Positions 50,069 to 64,000 of a stretch of 64,000 nt of DNA are shown one piece after another. The notes under the pieces were generated by a model. It searched no databases, was not told the DNA's origin, and worked only from the letters and a program-made list of their open reading frames with translations. Source of the DNA: Octopus vulgaris (lineage: Eukaryota). Positions within the stretch are counted from its first letter, which is position 1, and each line of letters opens with the position of its first letter. The position numbers and the translations under genes were made by a program. The DNA lies in NCBI GenBank assembly GCA_951406725.2, contig OX597824.1, positions 47,182,001-47,246,000 on the forward strand, given 5' to 3'.

Positions 50069-53000
50069 ACTGCAGACTACCTCGTTGACGAACGACAGAG
50101 ACCTTCTCTTTGTGGCTGGTGACTTCAATGGTCATGTTGGACGACATGCTGGGGGCTTCCATGGCGTACATGGAGGCTACGGCTATGGTTCCCGCAACGA
50201 AGAGGGAACCAGGCTGCTGGAGTTCTGCGATGCAAATAATCTTATGATTTGCAACACTAACTTTAGGAAACCTATCAGCCACCTAGTCACCTACCGATCG
50301 GGCCAACATACCAGCCAAATTGACTACATCCTTGCCAGGCAAAGTGAGAGATGGCTGCTTATAAATGCCAAAACCTTCCCAGGCGAAGAATGTACCCCAC
50401 AACATAGACTGGTAGTTAGTGACTTTAGGATCAGGACTAGGGGGACAACCAGAAGACGACCAGCATGGAGAAGAAGGATCTGGAAGCTTAAAGATCCTGC
50501 GAATGGACAGAGATTTAGGGACATGCTACTTGAAGCCTTTGATGAAGTAGAAGGGGATAGAGTATCACATGGGGTAGAAGGCAACTGGACGTTTCTAAGG
50601 GACAACCTGCTGAGAGCCACTGACCAGATCTGTGGCTGGTGCAAAGTCCCCTCTCGTCCCAAGGTAATGTGGTGGTGGAACAGTGTTGTAGACAGGGCTA
50701 TTAGAGAAAAGAGACAGACTTGGAAGCACTGGAAGAATGGCGGTAGCAGGGAATTGTATCAGACTGCCAAAAAGGGAAGCTAGGAGACAGGTCTATCTAG
50801 CCAGAGGGGAAGCAGATAAGAAAAAATTTGCCAATGTTCTGCGCCGTGAGGACCAAAGACTGGAGGTGTTTCGCGTTGCAAGACAGTGTGAAAGAGAGAG
50901 AATTGTGATGTGGTAGGAGAGAAGTGTGTTCGCATGGAAGATGGTTCACTTGCGCTAAATGAGGATGCAAAGAGAGAGGTTTGGAGACGCCACTATGAAA
51001 GGTTGCTGAATAAAGAAAATGAATGGGATAAAGAGAGTCTGCCGAATGTTGACCCAACAGAGGGACCAGCTATCCGAGTTGATAGTTCCTTGGTAGTTAA
51101 GGCAATTAGAAGCATGAAGACAGGGAAAGCCCCAGGCCCATCAGGAATCACTGCAGAGATGCTCAAAATATCTGGTAGTGTCGGCTATAGCCTAGTCACC
51201 TGTATAGTTAATCAGGTGATACACGAAGGAGTCATACCCAATGACTGGTGTAGCAGCATAATAGTCAACTGCTACAAAGGTAAAGGTGACGCCCTAGATA
51301 CAAATAATTACAGAGGTATCAAGCTGTTGGATCAGGTGATGAAGGTTACGGAGAGGGTCATAGCCCAACTAATTAAAGAGAGAGTTAGTTTAGATGAGAT
51401 GCAGTTTGGGTTCGTGCCAGGGAAAAGTACCACTGATGCTATATTCCTGGTAAGGCAGCTGCAGGAGAAATACCTAGCCAAAGATAAACCCCTGTACCTG
51501 GCTTTTGTTGACATGGAGAAAGCCTTCGACAGGGTCCCTCGATCCCTTATCTGGTGGTCAATGAGGAAACTAGGGATAGATGAATGGTTAGTGAGAGCTG
51601 TGCGAGCCATGTACAGGGACACTGCTAGTAAGGTGAGGGTTGGCAAGGAGTACAGTGAAGAATTCCGGGTAGAGGTAGGGGTCCTCCAAGGCTCAGTCCT
51701 CAGCCCCCTCCTATTTATCATAGTCCTCCAGGCAATAACGGAGGAATTCAAGACAGGATGCCCTTGGGAGCTCTTCTATGCTGATGACCTTGCTCTAATT
51801 GCTGAGTCACTATCAGAACTGGAGAAGTTTCAGGTGTGGAAGCAAGGATTAGAATTGAAGGGCCTTAGAGTCAATCTAGCTAAAACCAAAGTCCTAATAA
51901 GTAGGAAGGTAGACAAATCACAAACGCCTTCAGGTAGATGGCCCTGCTCAATCTGTAGAAAAGGTGTAGGTAGAAACTCTATAAGATGCACCAAGTGTAA
52001 GCTATGGACACATAAGAGGTGCAGCAATGTCAAAGGAAGGCTAACTAGGAAGATGGTTTTTGTATGTGGCAGATGCTCAGGAACAATAAACACTGAAAAT
52101 GCTCTGAGACCAACTTCTGTCACTTTCCAGGGAGAAAAACTAGAAATAGTTGATAGCTTCCGTTACCCAGGTGACCAAGTCAGCAGCGGGGGCGGGTGTG
52201 CTGAAAGTGTAACTACTAGAGTAAGAATAGCTTGGGCAAAGTTCAGAGAACTCTTACCTCTGCTGGTGACAAAAGGCCTCTCGCTCAGAGTAAAATGCAG
52301 ACTGTACGAAGCATGTGTACGAACAGCCATGCTACATGGCAGTGAAACATGGGCCGTGACTGCTGAGGATATGCTTAAGCTCGCAAGAAATGAAGCTAGT
52401 ATGCTCCGATGGATGTGTAATGTCAGTACTCATACTCGACAGAGTGTAAGTACCTTGAGAGAAAAGCTGGACCTAAGAAGCATCAGATGTGGTGTGCAAG
52501 AGAGACGTTTGCGCTGGTATGGGCATGTGGCGAGAATGGATGAAGATAGTTGTGTGAAAAAGTGCCACACCCTAGCGGTTGAGGAAACCTGTGGAAGAGG
52601 CAGACCCAGGAAAACCTGGGACGAGGTGGTGAAGCACGACCTTTGAACTTTAGGTCTCACTGAGGAAATGACTAGAGACCGAGACCTCTGGAAGTATGCT
52701 GTGCGCAAGAAGACCCGGCAGGACAAGTGAGACCATAACCCGTGGCCTTCTACATGGGATGTAGCCAGCCCACTTATGCATACCTTCCCTTCTTGGGACA
52801 CAAAACTACTTGTGAAGACCTGTTGAGGCAAGTGAGAATCAGAATCAAAATCGATCAATGGAAACTGCAGCTGAGTTACCAGTGCCGGTGGCACGTAAGA
52901 GAACCATCTGAATGTGGCCGTTGCCAGCGCTGCCCCGACTGGCCTCATGCCGGTGGCACATAAAAAGCACCATCCGTTTGTGGCCGTTGCCATCGCTGCC

Positions 53001-53425
53001 CAGACTGGCCTTGTGCCGATGGCACGTAAAAAGCACCATCCATTCGTGGCCGTTGCCAGCGCTGCCCAGACTGGCCTTGTGCCGATGGCACGTAAAAAGC
53101 ACCATCCGTTTGTGGCCATTGCCAGCCTCGCTTGGCCCGTAAAAAGCACCATCCGTTCGTGGCCGTTTGCCAGACTCGACTGTCACCACTGTCTGTTCGT
53201 GGCCATTGCCAGCGCCGCCCCGACTGGCCTCATGCCGGTGGCACGTAAAAAGCACCCACTACACTCACAGAGTGGTTGGCGTTAGGAAGGGCATCCAGCC
53301 GTAGAAACACTGCCAGATCAGACTGGGTCTGATGCAGCCTTCTGGCTTCACAGACCCCAGTTGAACTGTCCAACCCATGCTAGCATGGAAAGCAGACGCT
53401 AAATGATGATGATGATGATAATGAT
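50069..53425 (+). mobile_element. RTE-clade LINE, same family as 9145-13294, 5'-truncated within the endonuclease
   Basis: ORFs 50085-50783 and 50910-52646 (RT with YADD); 3' UTR with ~61-bp repeats at about 52880-53260; (ATG)n tail. Confidence 0.95.
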
Positions 53426-56400
53426 TATTATTGGCAGAATCATTAGCATATTGGATAAAAATAAGTTGAGCACTGGGGTTGATGTAATCAACTTAACCCC
53501 TTCCCTGAACTTGCTGGCTTTGTGTAAAAATTTGAAATCAGTATTATGGATAGAATCATTTGCATGTCGGATACTTCCAGCTTTATGTTCTGAGTTCAAA
53601 TTATTCTGCCAAGGTCAACTTTGCTTTTCATCCTTTCAGGGTTGATGAAATAACAACCAGTTGAGTACTGGGGTCAATGTAAAGGACTAGCTCCTTCCCC
53701 CTAAATTTCAGGCTTTGTGCCTATAGTAAAAAGGATATCATTATTAAAGCCGGTGAGCTGGCAAATTGATCATCATTGAATTCTTCTAATTTTGGCACAA
53801 GGTCAAATTTTTGGTGGAAGGGAGCTGGTTAATTATATTGACCTCAGTGCTCAACTGGTACTTATATTATTGACCCCAAAAGGATGAAAGGCGAAGTTGA
53901 CCTTTGCAACATTTGAAATCAGAATGTAAAGAGTAGGAACTTCGCCTTTTATCCTTTTGGGTCAATAAAATAAGTACCAGTTAAGCACTGAGGTCAATTT
54001 GACTAGCTCCCTTCCATCAAAAAATTGGCCTTGTGCCAAAATTAGAAAGAATTATTATTATTATTTAATTTTTTTCATTTTTTACATTCTCATCTGAATT
54101 TACACAACACAAACATACAAATAGGCACTTATAGTCACACCTGCATACAAATACTCATTGATGTAGAAATAGTCATATGAATATAAATTTGCTTCATAAC
54201 CACACAGTTCCTGGTTTGATCGCACTGCAAGGCATTTTAAATGAATCCAATGTTACCACTGGTTGACCAAAAGTTTGTGACTGAAAATTTGCTCTACAGA
54301 AACTGCAATGACATGTCAGCTTATATTTAGATATGTGCATGCATGTCATTGTAAATCGCTGTATCTACTTATGTCTCTTTACACTAAAATGGTAAAACTT
54401 TACCAGTCAATGAAGAGAGATCAATGTAATAAGTACTAGACTGAAATAAGCACTGAGATTGATATGAACAAGTAAAATTCTTAAAGATGATACCCCAGCA
54501 TAGCTGTTGTCCAATGACTGAAACCAGTTAAAGAATAAAAAATAAAAGTACATATATTCAGACATTAATCCATTAGAGAGCACAATGATAAATGCAATCA
54601 ATCTAAGCAATGGGGGGGGGGGGGGGTAAATATAGTGGCGATGGGGGGTGGTAGTATGATGAGGAGGTAGATGATGATAATGGTAGTGATAGTGGTGGTG
54701 GCAGTGTGGAGGAGAATGAGGACCATGATAATGATAACAGCAGTAGTAGTGGTGAGATGATGATGATGATGAGGAGGAGGGGAGGAGGAGACTATAATAA
54801 TTTTCGTGGTTGGTGAGTGGAGAGATGGTGACAGCAGTGGCTGTCATTTTATTTTCTATATTTGTCTAAAACACACACATACACATATAAAAGGAATAAA
54901 CACAAATACATATAAAGGGAATAAAAGTATATCAGTGATTTTGGTAATAGAGTTCTAAAGATATCCCAGTTACATTTTGCTGATATTTTGTGTCAATTCT
55001 ACTTTGAACTGGGTTGGCTAAAATCAGTGAAACAATCACAATTATAAAGAGAAATCAAAGTACACAACATTATTATCATGAACAAAAATCTCAACATTTG
55101 ATTAGAATGATTGACCTCCTATCTCATTGTAGTTGACTCTGTCCTCATTCATACTTTATTCCACTTTTGTATATTTGGGTTAATTAGCAAATGGTACAGA
55201 ATGCCTGGCAAAGTGTGTGTTTGTTTCATGTTGCTTCAGTCTACTCAGCCGGAGGAAATGAGTAATCTTGCAATGGACCAGCATCCCATCCACTGGGGAA
55301 ATATATGATGTGCCAAGGAAAACAGGAAACTGGCTCAATGAGTTTATATGGCTACATTCTATCTTATACACACTTGTATTGATTTTGTTTTAATGTGCAT
55401 ATAAGCACAGGTGTGGCTGTGGTGACAGGTACAGGTGTGACTGTGTCGTAAGAAGCTTGCTTCCCAACCACATGTGAGTAGATTTGGTAGATGGAAACTG
55501 AAAGAAACCTGTCGTGTGTGTGTGTGTATTCGTCCCCCACCACCACTTGACAACTGGTTCTGCTGTGTTTATGTCCCTGTAACTTAACAGTTCAGCAAAA
55601 AGAGACCGATAGAATAAGTGCCAAACTTAGAAAAAAGTAAGTACTGGGGTTGATTAATTCAAATAAAAATTTTTCCAAGACAGTGCCCCAGCTGGTCACA
55701 GTCTAATGACTGAAACAAGTAAAGGATAAAAGATACAGATGTCTGGCTAAGCTGAGTAGACAAGAGCAACATGAAACAAAGTGTTTTGCTCAAGAACACA
55801 ATGCATACTCCTGTTCAGGAATCAGAACTGCAATTTTATGATCATGAGTCCAACACCCTCACCACAAAGCCATGCACCTCCATTGTATAAGATAATGTGT
55901 ATATAAAAGTAAAACAGCACTGTCTGTAATATTTTGTCTCAGAGAAAATTTCCTAAAGAGATTTGTATTAAAAATACAGGGCTTTGCTCAGAGTGTTGTT
56001 GTTTCAACCTGATAAATACCGCAGCTGTTCTGAGCCTAACTAAAAATGTTTGCTCTAATATAGAAGTTGATAAACAAAATATTTATTAATTTGTGCAAAA
56101 AGTTAGCCAAGCTAGAATTAAATTAATATCTGCTTTTGGGACAACCTTAGATTAAAACACTTGTGGGTAAAACATTGATCAGCTGTTTGAGCAATAAATA
56201 TTGTGGCTAGAGACAGATGCGGCAATGATGACATATCAAAGGAATGACCAATTCAACAACTCAAGGAGGGTATCTATGTAGTCTCACTCAACTTGCTATA
56301 AATAGTTGCTAAATCTACCTCCAATTACATCCTACATCTTAAAAGTGGAAAGATACATTGAGAAATGTAGTCTTGGATAGACTGTACCTAAAAAAATAAA

Positions 56401-57060
56401 ACAGATTGTCTCACTAAGAACCAAAGAATAACAGCTATGAACTAAATCAGCAATATTCTCTGACATTGGTTAAAGAGTTCTGAGTCTCAGTCAAATTCTT
56501 TGAACCTCTAATGATTATTCCGTCAATTCTTTATTTTCCGTTAGGATATGCAAAGTTTGTGGCAGGTGTTAATATATCAAGTGATAGTATAATCATCATC
56601 ATTGTTTCAACATCCAATTTTCTATGCTTGCCTGGGTCAGATGTAGTTTGGTGTGGCAGATTTTCTATACTCAGATACTCTTCCTGTCACCAAACCTCAC
56701 TTGCTTTTGAGCTAAGTAATATTTTCTGATGGCTGAATATATTTTAATGGAAGATTGCAAATGAATAGTACCACTTATACGATGATGACATAATTATCAC
56801 ATAATGTGAAGACAGAAACACAGTCACACATCCATTCACACACACATACACACAGATGATTGGCTTCTTTCACTTTCTGTTTACCAAATCCGTTCACAGA
56901 GCTTCTGCCACATTCCAAAGTCACCTGGCATTATAGTGGAAGACAGTGGAAATGATCAGGATGGAACTGATGAAACTTACTTTACCACTTCAGTTTCCTG
57001 AAAGACGTTTTTTTATGGATAGATATATTTGGTTATTAGTTTTGTCTATAACTGAATTTC

Positions 57061-58545
57061 AGCTTGGTACTTCCTGGGTATACCTCTTCCATAGATTCCC
57101 TCAACCGCTAGGGTGTGGCACTTTTTCACACAGGTATCCTCATCCATTTTCACCACATAACCATACCAGCGCAGTTGTCTCTCTTGCACACCACATCTGA
57201 TGGTTCTTAGGTCCAACTTTTCTTTCAAGGTACTTACACTCTGTCGAGTATGTACACTGACATTACACATCCATCAGAGCATACTGGCTTCATTCTTTGT
57301 GAGCTTACGCATGCCCTCAGCAGTCATGGCCCATGTTTCACTGCATGTAGCATGGCTGTTCGTACACATGCATCATACAGTCTGCATTTTACTCTGAGCG
57401 AGAGGCCCTTTGTCATCAGCAGAGGTAAGAGCTCTCTGAACTTTGCCCAAGCTGTTCTTATTCTAGCAGCTACACTTTCAGCGCACCCTCCCCCGCTACT
57501 GACTTGGTCAACGAGGTAACGGAAGCTAACAACTACTTCTAGTTTTTCTCCCTGGAATGTGGCAGAAGTTGTTCACTGCGCATTTTCAGTGTTTATTGCT
57601 CCCAAGCATCTGCCACATACAAAAACTATCTTCCCAATTAGCCTTCCTTTGATATTGCTGCACCTCTTATGTGTCCATAGCATACACTGGGTGCATCTTA
57701 TAGAGTTTCTAACTATGCCTTTTCTACAGATTGAGCAGGGCCATCTACCAGAAGGGATTTGTGGTTTGCCTGCCTTCCTACTTATTAGGACTTTGGTTTT
57801 AGCTAGGTTGACTCTAAGGCCCTTTGATTCTAATCCTTGTTTCCACACCTGAAACTTCTCCAGTTCTGATAGTGACTCAGCAATTAGAGCAAGGTCATCA
57901 GCATAGAGGAGCTCCCAGTGGCATCCTGTCTTGAATTCCTCTGTTATTGCCTGGAAGACCATGATGAATAAGAGGGGGCTGAATACTGAACCTTGGAGGA
58001 CCCCTATCTCTACCCAGAATTCTTCATTGTACTCGTTGCCAACCCTCACCTTACTGACAGCATCCCTGTACATGGCTTGCACAGCTCTCACTAAACATTC
58101 ATCTATCCCTAGTTTTCGCATTGACCACCAGATAAGGGATTGGAGGGACCCTGTCAAAGGCTTTCTCCATGTCAACAAAAGCCAGGTACAGAGGTTTATC
58201 TTTGGCTAGGTATTTCTTGTGCAGCTGTCATACCCGAAATATAGCATCAGTGGTGCTTTTCCTTGGCACGAACCCAAACTGCATTTCATCTAAACTAACT
58301 CTCTCCCTAATTAGTTAGGCTATAACCCTCTCCGTAACCTTCATTACCTGATCCAACAACTTGATACCTCTGTAATTATTTGTATCTAAAGCGTCACCTT
58401 TACCTTTGTAGTAGTTGACTATAGTACTGCTACACCAGTCATTGGGTATGACTCCTTCATGTATAACCTGGTTAACTATATGGGTGACTAGGCTATAGCC
58501 GACACTGCCAGATATTTTGAGCATCTCTGCAGTGATTCCTGATAA
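57061..58545 (-). mobile_element. RTE LINE internal fragment (RT and PHD region)
   Basis: ORF pieces 58315-58569, 57573-58178 and 57046-57270 are homologous to the other copies. Confidence 0.92.
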
Positions 58546-58579
58546 TATATATATATATATATACAACATATATAATATC

Positions 58580-58623
<44 letters not shown>

Positions 58624-59066
58624 TATAATATATATTAAGGAGTCTAACTCCAAACTTACAGGGAAAAATTCAATTTAGTATTAAATGAAATTTCACAATA
58701 TAAATACATAATATATAGAGATTAGAGAAAACGACTATTATGTAATTCAAACAATGATAGACATAAGACATATCATATAGAAAAAATAAAATACGTGATA
58801 AAACATTTATCGAGATCACAAAAAGTACGTAATAATAAATAAACAGTATACTCTTTTACTTGTTTCAGTCATTTGACTGTCATGCTGGAGCACTGAATTT
58901 AGTCGAGCAAATCAACTACAGGACTTATTCTTTGGAAGCCTAGTACTTGTTCTATTGGTCTCTTTTGCCGAACCGCTAAGTTACGGGGACGTAAACACAC
59001 CAGAATCGGTTGTCAAGCTATTTTGGGGGGACAAACACAGACATAGAAACATATACACACATGCAT

Positions 59067-59121
<55 letters not shown>

Positions 59122-59291
59122 AATATACGACAGGCTTCTTTCAGTTTCCTTGTACCAAATCCACTCATAAGGTTTTGGTTGACCTGAGGCTATAGTAGAA
59201 GACACTTGCCCAAGGTGCCATGCAATGAAAATGAACCCGGAACCATGTGGTTGGTAAGCAAATTACTCACCACACAGCCACTACTGTGCCT

Positions 59292-60370
59292 GTATATATA
59301 TATATATGCATCATATATGTATGTATCATGTATATATATATATATCATATCTATATATCATATACGTATATATATATATATCATATCTATATATCATATG
59401 TCTATATCTATATATCATATGTCTATATCTATATATGTATATATATATATATATCATATCTATATATCATATATGTATATATATATATATATCATATCTA
59501 TATATCATATATGTATATATATATATATATCATATCTATATATCATATATGTATATATATATATATATCATATCTATATATCATATATGTATATATATAT
59601 ATATATATCATATCTATATATCATATATGTATATATATATATATATCATATCTATATATCATATATGTATATATATATATATATCATATCTATATATCAT
59701 ATATGTATATATATATATATATCATATCTATATATCATATATGTATATATATATATATCATATCTATATATCATATATGTATATATATATATCATATATG
59801 TATATATATATATCATATCTATATATCATATATGTATATATATATATATATATCTATATATATATATATATATATATCATATCATATATATATATATATA
59901 TCATATCTATATATCATATATGTATATATATATATCATATCTATATATCATATATGTATATATATATATATCATATCTATATATCATATATGTATATATA
60001 TATATATCATATCTATATATCATATATGTATATATATATATATATCATATCTATATATCATATATGTATATATATATATATCATATCTATATATCATATA
60101 TGTATATATATATATATCATATCTATATATCATATATGTATATATATATATATCATATCTATATATCATATATGTATATATATATATATCATATCTATAT
60201 ATCATATGTATATATATATATATATCATATCTATATATCATATATGTATATATATATATCATATCTATATATCATATATGTATATATATATATCATATCT
60301 ATATATCATATATGTATATATATATATATCAGATATATATATATCATATATGTAAGTATATATATATATT
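59292..60370. repeat. (TA)n-derived compound minisatellite
   Basis: unit (TA)n-TCATATCTATATATCATATATG of about 32-38 bp, roughly 25-30 copies. Confidence 0.95.
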
Positions 60371-60685
60371 TATAAAATAGTGTACATTTAAACACAAGAG
60401 AAAACTGCCTTCAACAAGCAGTTTGTATATGCTAGAAGAAGTAGTCAAAACGACATTTAAGAGCAATCTTCAAAAGAAATAGAAAATAATAACTGTTACC
60501 TTGCAATTTAAATCCTGTCAGACCTAGGTCTCAAAATTTTTTTAGCAAATGAAATAATTTGCTAGGAGAATTTCTCATCAGTGACCGCATCATAACCCTA
60601 ACATATAATTAAGAGACGAATAACACGTGTCTCATTGTTATACATTATCATTTTTCAAATTCACCATGCAAGCGCAGTTTTATAT

Positions 60686-60734
<49 letters not shown>

Positions 60735-62703
60735 ATACACACATTCATACACAGACAGATAAATAGACGGATAGATACAAAATCATGATGATAAGAATAT
60801 ATGTAAAGGAATCAGATATAAATGGAAGGCTATACACTTGCACTTAACTGTCACTATTAATCCGTAACCTTGCTAATCCAAATACTTTGAATACCTTTAG
60901 AATTGTTAAAACATTAAGATATGATTAAGAAATAAGTCTAAGTTAAATATGGTTCAATGCATTTTCTCCATGTTAAATTCTTTGGTTAGGGGACTTTGTT
61001 AAGACGACATGTTAACTTAACAATTATGAGTTAAAAAAATTTTTTTAACATCTTTCAAAGGCTCAAAAAAGAGATTTTTAACCTGATATAATTATTCCAG
61101 TAGCAAAAAAGAAGCAATTCATTCAGATAATTGTTTTTATTATTCACATTTATTTGAGCATTAGAAAGCAGGTGCTTGGACATTAAGAGTCTGCCTTTGA
61201 AAATGAGTGTGTGTGTGTGTGTGTAGGTAGAGAAACAGAGCAATGATATTTCTAAAATTATTTGAAGCCAAGATCCCTCTGTATAGCACATCTATCTTTC
61301 TCCATGTGTATATATATATTTACATATCCAATACATATACTACGAAATGATGATCATAAAGGAAGCAGACATAAGAGTATACTACCCAAATAACTTTCAG
61401 TTTGGTAACTTTTACTAAGTATTTTAAATACACACACATACATAATTTATAAAAAAAAGCAGATTTCAAGATTTGATTTACATTCATCATGAAGAGACAC
61501 ACTGGCCAGGTTTATATACATGTTCTCAGACAGGGATTGAACTTCATTTCAACTATGACTAGTTCCAGTGTTATTATCCACTAGGCCATGTTATATGCAC
61601 ATATAAAAAAAAACACATTTTACAAATAGAGTTTATCTGTACATAATTGCACATATGCATGGAAATACAGAATTATGTATATTTACATAAATATTTTCAT
61701 GTACACACACATATTTACAAATGCAAACAAACACAAAACATTAATTTATTAATTTTAACTTACATTTGCCACAAGACAGAGTCATAATTCTTACACCTGA
61801 TATCAATAAGTTACAAGTACTAATTTTATTAGGGCAAGCGAGATTGTTCTAACCCAAAATTTAATATAAGTTCTATGTTTAGAATTATATATAATAGTAT
61901 TAACTTGTACATCAACTCAGTTTCTGGCATGATGTATAAGTTAAACTATGGTTAATAATTTGCAATAGAAAAAAAAATCAAATATATATATAAACACACA
62001 CACACACATTATCTGTACATTTAAATGTACAACTACTATTGTATGAGTTAGAGCCACATGTAGATTATCATTATCCAGTCAGCTTCCTGTATATATATGA
62101 ATATATATTAATCTACCATTGTACTTAGCAATGTTTAATAGTTATGATATACAGGGCATATGTACTGTAAAATTATGATAAACATAAGTGTAAATTATTA
62201 GTTGCTACATGTTTCACCTTACTTGTGCATGTGTGTTTATATATATACATATATATAAAATGAAAATATGGGTTTAGTAAAATCTTGGCATATTCCTTAT
62301 GTAGCACTTGATATGAATTCTCAACTATCTACACATTAAGATATATTTAATGTGATTCCATAAAATATAATTACTAGGTGCATAAGTGCAGGAAATCTAG
62401 GTGTAGATATAAATATAGATATATACCACTGATTGAATGACTTAGTATGTATTTTCAAAGAGTAAAATAGAAGACAAAGATGAAGATATCAGTATAACAC
62501 ACACACGATACAGTTTGACTCAGCTTCACATTCTATAAAATTTTGTGGGTATAGGGCACATCAGATACTGTCTCCAAATACCTGATGAGGTGGACAGATC
62601 CTACACTCATGAGACTTTAATGTGGAGCTGAGTCAAACCGTCATTAAGAACATGTAGCTCCAACCAAATATGTTTAGTGCTACTTTCTTTCATTTCTTCA
62701 CTC

Positions 62704-62734
<31 letters not shown>

Positions 62735-64000
62735 CAGTAGGAATTTTTATTTGAATCCAAGCAGTGACTGATAAACAATTTGGTAGAAAATGTGTAGAGT
62801 GGCAGTTTAAAAATTTTTTAATCTGGAAATATGTACACAAAACAGTACAAAACTGAAATAATAAACAGTTCGCAACAAAACAGAAATCCTAAACCTAATT
62901 ATTGTCTGCCACTATCCTCAGCTATATGTATATGACAGAGGCTAACAAAGAAGGAGGATGAGACAGTTTATGAGTATATTCATGCTACAGAGAAATGCCT
63001 GTTGGCGAAATGATACAGAGCTGCATATGATTACACAGACACACATGTCAATACATGTGAGCATTCATATAAACCTAATGAAGAATGCATCAAATCCTCC
63101 TCCAAATATATGTGACAAAATAAACAATATTTATATAAACAAAGACAAGTGAAAACAAAAAGAGTAACAAGAAAATTTTACTTATAAAGAAGAACAATAC
63201 AGATAAAAAAAATCAAAAAATATGAAATTAGAAACAGAAAAGTAAACCTGTTAAATAATCTGATGGCTGCAAAAATTTATACATTCTCTGACTATACATA
63301 AATAAAGAGGGGGAAAAAATCCAGCAATATATATATATATATATTATTTAACAAGCTCAGATCCATTTAAGTTTGCTCTAGGATACAAAAAAGTAATGAT
63401 GTGATTATATATATGAGTATATCTCTACCTGATTGGTTTAATTTTACACCTACAAACTGTCTCTCACAAAAGATGAGTTATCTTATATCGAGTCTTTACA
63501 AAGTTTCAAATATGACAAAAATACTAGCAAGGGCCCTACAGTTTCAGAAAAGAGTCGGAATGAGGTGCAATATTCCTGCATTTTTCAAGGGTGATAGTAG
63601 TGTGAGTGAAGTAAACTGAAATTGAGTTGTGGCTTACATTATGATTTATGACCCATGTCACAAATATAGCTATATTAACACACAAAAATTACAAAAGTAA
63701 TATTCTTAAGTAATACTTTTTAAAACATGTTACAATTGAGTTTACGTCATATATGTTGGTGCTATATTTAAGCTGGAACATGTTCATTGCTCTCTATTAG
63801 GAACTTATATATATTGGATAGATAGAGCAATAAAAAATACACTACTCAAAAGGTGGTACATAAGCATGGACTTAGCCATGAAAGAGAAAACAAACAAAAA
63901 GAATTGCAAGGCCTCATTGCAATTAAAGAAATATCAAGAGGAAAATAAGGTGTGTTATTTTCAAGAATGTGACACAAGCAAATTCAAAGACCCAAGAAGC

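Noticed and set aside
50085-52646. Active autonomous LINE
   Set aside because: 5'-truncated inside the endonuclease, with frameshifts and a premature stop near the C-terminus. Some frameshifts lie in homopolymer or dinucleotide runs and may be consensus errors, but the truncation alone excludes autonomy.
56545-56565. Possible + strand micro-exon (ag|GATATGCAAAGTTTGTGGCAG|gt)
   Set aside because: Weak donor, no neighbouring exons and no host gene to attach it to.
59206-60380. Three 349-389 aa Ile/Tyr-rich ORFs
   Set aside because: Translation artefacts of the TA-based minisatellite, open in all three frames.

Overview
Eukaryotic, AT-rich, repeat-dense genomic DNA. The SINE/RTE repertoire and (TA)n/(CAT)n/(ATT)n microsatellites suggest a cephalopod, probably Octopus (inference). 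Two spliced host genes on the + strand were read by hand, with GT-AG introns and consistent phases. One is DNAAF3 (14 exons, 373..28911; the N-terminal exon(s) lie upstream of the window). The other is a complete COX20 (4 exons, 36904..45921). The rest is mostly transposon-derived: several RTE-clade LINE copies with a PHD finger inside the RT region and tandem arrays of small hairpins in the 3' UTR; a decayed mariner; a 2.75-kb non-coding Gypsy-type LTR element (tRNA-Trp PBS, PPT, 4-bp TSD); a solo LTR; fragments of Penelope, CRE, R4/Dong, CR1/L2, Gypsy and maT elements; MITEs; and two SINE families. The most notable signals are an inverted pair of minimal hammerhead-ribozyme motifs just upstream of a COX20 splice acceptor, the structured 3'-UTR arrays of the RTEs, an LTR pair that differs only at one end with a compensatory base change, a stop-codon NAGNAG acceptor and a duplicated splice donor in DNAAF3. 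No evidence of a wholly new biological system was found. Most short ORFs in the track are spurious. All calls are by eye, no searches were run, and repeat boundaries are approximate.
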